Below, piece by piece: positions 59,409 to 64,000 of a stretch of 64,000 nt of DNA (its first letter is position 1; each line of letters starts with the position of its first letter). The position numbers and the translations under genes are program-made. The stretch comes from the human T2T-CHM13v2.0 reference genome, Homo sapiens. The notes below the pieces were generated by a model that was not told the DNA's origin, did no database searches, and worked only from the letters and a program-made list of their open reading frames with translations. The stretch lies in assembly GCF_009914755.1 (NCBI RefSeq), contig NC_060934.1; one strand, written 5' to 3'.

Positions 59409-59620
59409 CAGCAGTTCCCAAGTGTGTCCCTTGGATCTGAATAAAGAGGTCACTGGGTCATACTGGTTTCAAGAAAGCTGAGCACTTTTCATCACTGCAG
59501 AACTTATCAGAGCCTTTATATGCTACCATGTAGTGGATCCTCGTGCAGGCCACACTATGCAGTCTGCTGTGTTCCCCACTCTTACTTCACAGGACATGTC
59601 ATAGAACAGGGGAAGTACTG
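59409..59620. mobile_element. hAT-Charlie MITE
   Basis: CAGCAGTTCCCAAG...CAGAGCCTTTATATGCTA...GGGGAAGTACTG termini. Confidence 0.55.
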
Positions 59621-60079
59621 ATCTGATGCCACACACAGAGCTTGGTGTCAGGGTGTCCCCACAGCAAGGCCCTCATTTCAAAGTGTAAGGTTCAGTGTTT
59701 CCTGGGCCCTGGGTCTGGATGTGAATGTGGAGGGCTGGCTGGAAACGAACACTCTGACCTTGCACTACACCCTGCACTGCTTTTGTTAGGTTCACAGCCC
59801 ACCATGGACAAGTGAAGTGGGAGACTGCGGCTGCACGGAAGGCTGAGGTCAGAAGCCCTGTGGCGTGTGGGCCACAGGTGACCACACACAGAGGTTTGAA
59901 GGGATAGCACATCTCCCTTGTCTTCCCACCCACCAGAGCTGCTCTTAGGTCAATTCAGAAAACAAAACGTGAAGACCACCTATCACTCCACAGCTTATCA
60001 ATCATATAAAATGGTCATTAATCCCACCTCCCACTGATAACTGAACCATAAGGATTCCAATATACAGAGGTTCTTTTCT

Positions 60080-60470
60080 TTACCAAAACAAAATCACGTG
60101 AAATTTACTTTTTCTTCACTAACCAGTATATCAGGGACATTTTTCCTGGCCAACATATAAAACTGCCTAATCCCTGCTATCAGCTTCATTCGAATCCATT
60201 GTGAGAACTGTCATTTATTCCCCAGTCTCCTATTGCAGGATATAAAAGCCTTTTGGTTTTTGTCTTTTGGTTTTTATTATTAGTTGTTACAAATAATGTG
60301 GCAGGAAACATTCTGGAATTTATGTCTTTATGTGCCACATTTCTGTACACTAAATTTCTAGAAACAGCACTACAGAGTCAAAGGAAAGATATTTTTAATT
60401 TCAAAAGATATTGTCAAATTATACTCCAAAACTCTTATAACTATTTTACATTCCCACCAACATGACAAAA
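60080..60470 (-). mobile_element. L1ME-like fragment
   Basis: GTTACAAATAATGTGGCAGGAAACATTCT...TATTGTCAAATT...TTTACATTCCCACCAACA. Confidence 0.7.
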
Positions 60471-61605
60471 GAAGGGTGTTTAGCACTTTCCCATAATAGT
60501 TATTTCGGTATATGTCTTGTTTCTGCAATCAGTCAGAAAATGCCCTGAAGGCAGCAAACATCACTTATCCATCTCTGTGTATTCACGTCCTTGGTATTTC
60601 ATCTCACTCACAGTAGATGCTCAAGGAATATTTGCTGAATGAATGTCAGTAAGAAATCATTAGACATCATTCAAGTGCCTGGGATGAAACCATAATCCAC
60701 AAGCAATAAAGTAAGACCCAGTGTTATACAACATGACAAAGGCATACAATTATCTGCAAGAATAACTGTCCTAAATGGGTTGGAGATCAATGACCAATTA
60801 ATGGGCAATATACGTTTCACAAAAGGATGTATTGCCTTTAACAAATCATGCATTTAGACAACCCCCAAGTGGCAGGGACCACCAGGCACACAGCCATGAA
60901 TACATCTGAATATCCACTCACATGCCACATCCAATTCTATGCAAGCCAGTGTGGGTTCCTCAACTACTTAGAAAGGAGGGCACCTGTCAATAACAACAAT
61001 AAATTCTTAATTCTTGGGTTACACGATCTTAATTTACTGCTCAACTCCTCAAAGGAAATCCATGCAAAAGCAGAAACCAGGACATACTCCTTTCTCAGGA
61101 GAATTCTGGGCAAGATGGTCTCCTGCAGCCAGAGAGACCAGATGGCTTTCAACCTGGAGGAGGAGCCTGGGAGGCAGAACTCAGGAGTAGAAAACAGAGT
61201 TGGGATGCCAACCGGGAGGTGAGAGGTGAGCCCTGGTGCTGGGCTTCATCTTTGAGGGTGACTGGATAGACAGGAGGGGTAGGACAGGCATCTTGAAGCA
61301 CAGTCTGGGAAACAGATGCTCCACAATTTTCTGAAACTCTAGACTTTCTCCGTGTGGTCACTGGAAGGTCAGTTCTCCAGCCCAGTGCTTCTGCCCCAAC
61401 ACACAGTATTTGATGTGCTATGTTTTTCCAAGATCCTCAGTTTCTAACTCCCAAATATGGAGATTCTCATTTATGATGAGGACCACCATGTTCTGCAAGA
61501 ACCAATTTGGAAGCAGCAGCGTTTCCATAATAAAAAGAGCATGGGAAGCTTCTTGCATCAGAAAGGAAGTTGACGCCAACTTTGGCATGAAAATGTATAC
61601 CCTAT

Positions 61606-61957
61606 TGATATGGTTTGTCTGTGTCCCCACCCAAATTTCACCTTGAATTGTAATAACCCCCAAATGTCAAGGGTGGGGCCAGGTGGAGATAATTGAATCA
61701 TGGGAGCAGTTTCCCCCATACTGTTCTCTTGGTAGTGAGTAAGTCTCATGAGATATGATGGTTTTTATATATGGGAGTTCCCCTGCACAAGTTCTCTTGC
61801 TTGCCGCCATGGAAGACGTCCCTTTGTTCTTCCTTCATCTGCCATGATTGTGAGGCTCCCTCAGCCATGTGGAACTGTGAGCCCATTAAACTTCTTTCCT
61901 TTATAAATTACTCAGTCTTGGCTATGTTTTATTAGCGTGTGAAAACAGACAAATACA
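61606..61957 (+). mobile_element. Solo THE1 MaLR LTR (THE1C-like), full length
   Basis: TGATATGGTTTG...AAATACA termini, perfect TSD CCTAT (61601-61605 / 61958-61962). Confidence 0.94.
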
Positions 61958-62821
61958 CCTATATACAATTTTACTGCCATTTGTGCAAAAGAAAAAATTA
62001 TAGGCCAATGTTCAAATGGGCCACTTGGCCCTGTACAAACAAGAAGCACCATTTACAGCCATTTATAACATTGAGAATTATTTCAGGCTTCAATCTCAGA
62101 TAATAACCCCCTTGCTGAGAAGAGGATAGTCTTCCAGAGTGTTTTCTATTTGCCAGCTCTTATTCAAGCTCAAGCTTTCTGAACAACATTCTCTTTCCTG
62201 ACTTTGTTTGCTGGAATTTTCCCAAATGCAGCCCATATCATGTTTCATCAGCTCTCCCAGAATCTAAACGGCACCAAGACTGGGTTCACCAGCAGTAGTT
62301 GGACCTGGAGGCAGCGGAGCCAGGCCTGATTTGACCCATATCATGGATCTAAGCAGGCAGTGTCAAGCTGGAGAAGAGTCAGGGACTAGAGTCTAGGGAG
62401 AAAGAGACCAGAGATCCGAAAGGACCCACGAGAGCATTAACTAGTCTCAGAGTCCAGGGGATGTATCTCGCCACAGGCCAAAGCCATGTTAATGGTGGTC
62501 ATGGGGTGGCTGGAGGACTGGGGCCTCCCCGACCACCTCTCCAAGCGGTACTCGCATCCTTGGCAGGACTTCCCACCCTCAACTGGCTCTGGGGTCCCTT
62601 CTTGCCAGGCTCCCATGATCAGGCCTCACAGTCCATTCCAAAGAGGTTGGTCTGCGGAGGCTCTGGAGCATGTGAGTGCACAGGGACGCGTGTGCACATA
62701 CACATGCACTTGGACACTGTACTTAATGGAGGAGCTCACAGCGAAAAATCCGTGTTGAAAACTTTCCACTAACAGGATAGACTTTTTAAAAGACAATTAT
62801 ACATTGTTCCAAAGAACTTTG

Positions 62822-62927
62822 TGTTGTGATGGTTGCACAACCTTATGAATATACTTAAAAAACACTTTAAAGGGTGGGTTCTATGGTATGTAGATGATAT
62901 CTCAGTATAAAAGAAAGAAAAAAAAAA
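62822..62927 (+). mobile_element. L1MB-like extreme 3' end with A tail
   Basis: GTGATGGTTGCACAAC...GAATATACTT...CACTTTAAAGGGTG...ATATCTCAGTATAAAAG. Confidence 0.7.
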
Positions 62928-64000
62928 GGACTATGACTTAGAACAAAGTCCTTGCAAGAGTTGTGCCTGCCTTTGACAGATGAGAAATATGACTTGAGTC
63001 ACAAGGACAGATTTGGGCTTCCAGTCGCCTGTCTGAACATATACCTGCATGCAGAACAGGATGGGAAGATGGCACCTCATTCTCTGTAACAGTCACATGT
63101 GCTCCTGACCATTTTAATGTCACATGCTGCTGCTGGCAGGCAACCCCTGGTCCATAGCGTGGGAAAGGCCACCTGCCTCACTCTTAATCACCCCAGGCCT
63201 GGATGAGGAAAATCGATGTAATGACCCATAAGAGGAACCTGTTCATAAAGAAGGTCACTAAACACCTCTAGTTATTCTCTGGCTCTAAGGAAAGAAAATA
63301 CCATAAAAATCTATGGGTAGGGCATAACCCCGTGCTCCATTAACACATATGATTTGGGGAGGAAAAAGACTCATGGGAGCTCAGGCCAACATTTTCTTCC
63401 TCATTCCTGTCCACACCAAGTGCCCACATGCCAGGCACTTACTCGAGAAACACAAGAAGCCAAAGCATAGCTCGACATTGCAGACAAGCCTTTTTGTTCT
63501 CAACCCATTGAATATGTTGTTGGGAAACAATTTATTCACAGACTCAGATTTCCAGCATCACCGTGGTGCCTTCAAGGCCCATTTCTTCTTGGGCTGTCAG
63601 TTGCTAAGTGCAAACTCCAAGCAGCATCTTGAAATTCATGCAAATTCATGAATAAATACAATTTGCTCATTGGAAGCATGCCTTCGCCTTTCCCACAAGG
63701 CCACCATCCCCGTGGGCTGTGCTGTGGTCACTCCCCCAGCATGGGGTGGCCTGCAGCAGGCCCACAGACCCAGAGAACACAGTCCCTTCTCGCACGGCCT
63801 GGTCTTCAGCTTCCCTTTTCAGAATGGAATGCACACGGTAAGTTTGTGAGCCACGGAGGGAGGGGATCTGGATGAGCCATAAGGTCACACTCTCCGCCAG
63901 TGCTGGCCACATATTTCCTCCCCATTGCTCCACTCATTGAGGGGTTCTAACTTGAGTGAACCTCCAAGGGTCTGTGTCCCCGAGTTTGATCTGTCTGTCC

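Overview
Primate (almost certainly human) genomic DNA lying entirely inside the GFRA1 gene (GDNF family receptor alpha-1), which is transcribed on the minus strand. The window holds one coding exon (25346-25682, 337 nt, canonical AG/GT, phase 1 to phase 2). It encodes the GDNF-binding cysteine-rich domain D2 and the start of D3. Everything else is intron: Alu, L1, L2 and MIR elements, MaLR LTRs (THE1, MST, MLT1), DNA transposons (MER75 piggyBac, hAT-Charlie, hAT-Tip100, MER5, MADE1), simple repeats and several repeat-free AT-rich blocks that may be enhancers. All other ORFs in the track look like repeat-derived or chance frames. I found no evidence for a new multi-gene system. The least explained structures are: (i) a gap-free 182-bp inverted repeat of a MIR-derived sequence at about 84% arm identity (9902-10518); (ii) an inverted templated copy of nearby sequence inside an old L1 that preserves the pre-insertion site of an AluY; (iii) opposite-orientation Alus bracketing the exon; (iv) a two-subfamily tandem MST LTR inside one target-site duplication; (v) a sense-oriented THE1 LTR that keeps a DUX4 motif and a polyA signal. 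Repeat subfamilies come from recalled consensus sequences, and repeat boundaries are approximate unless a target-site duplication (TSD) is quoted.
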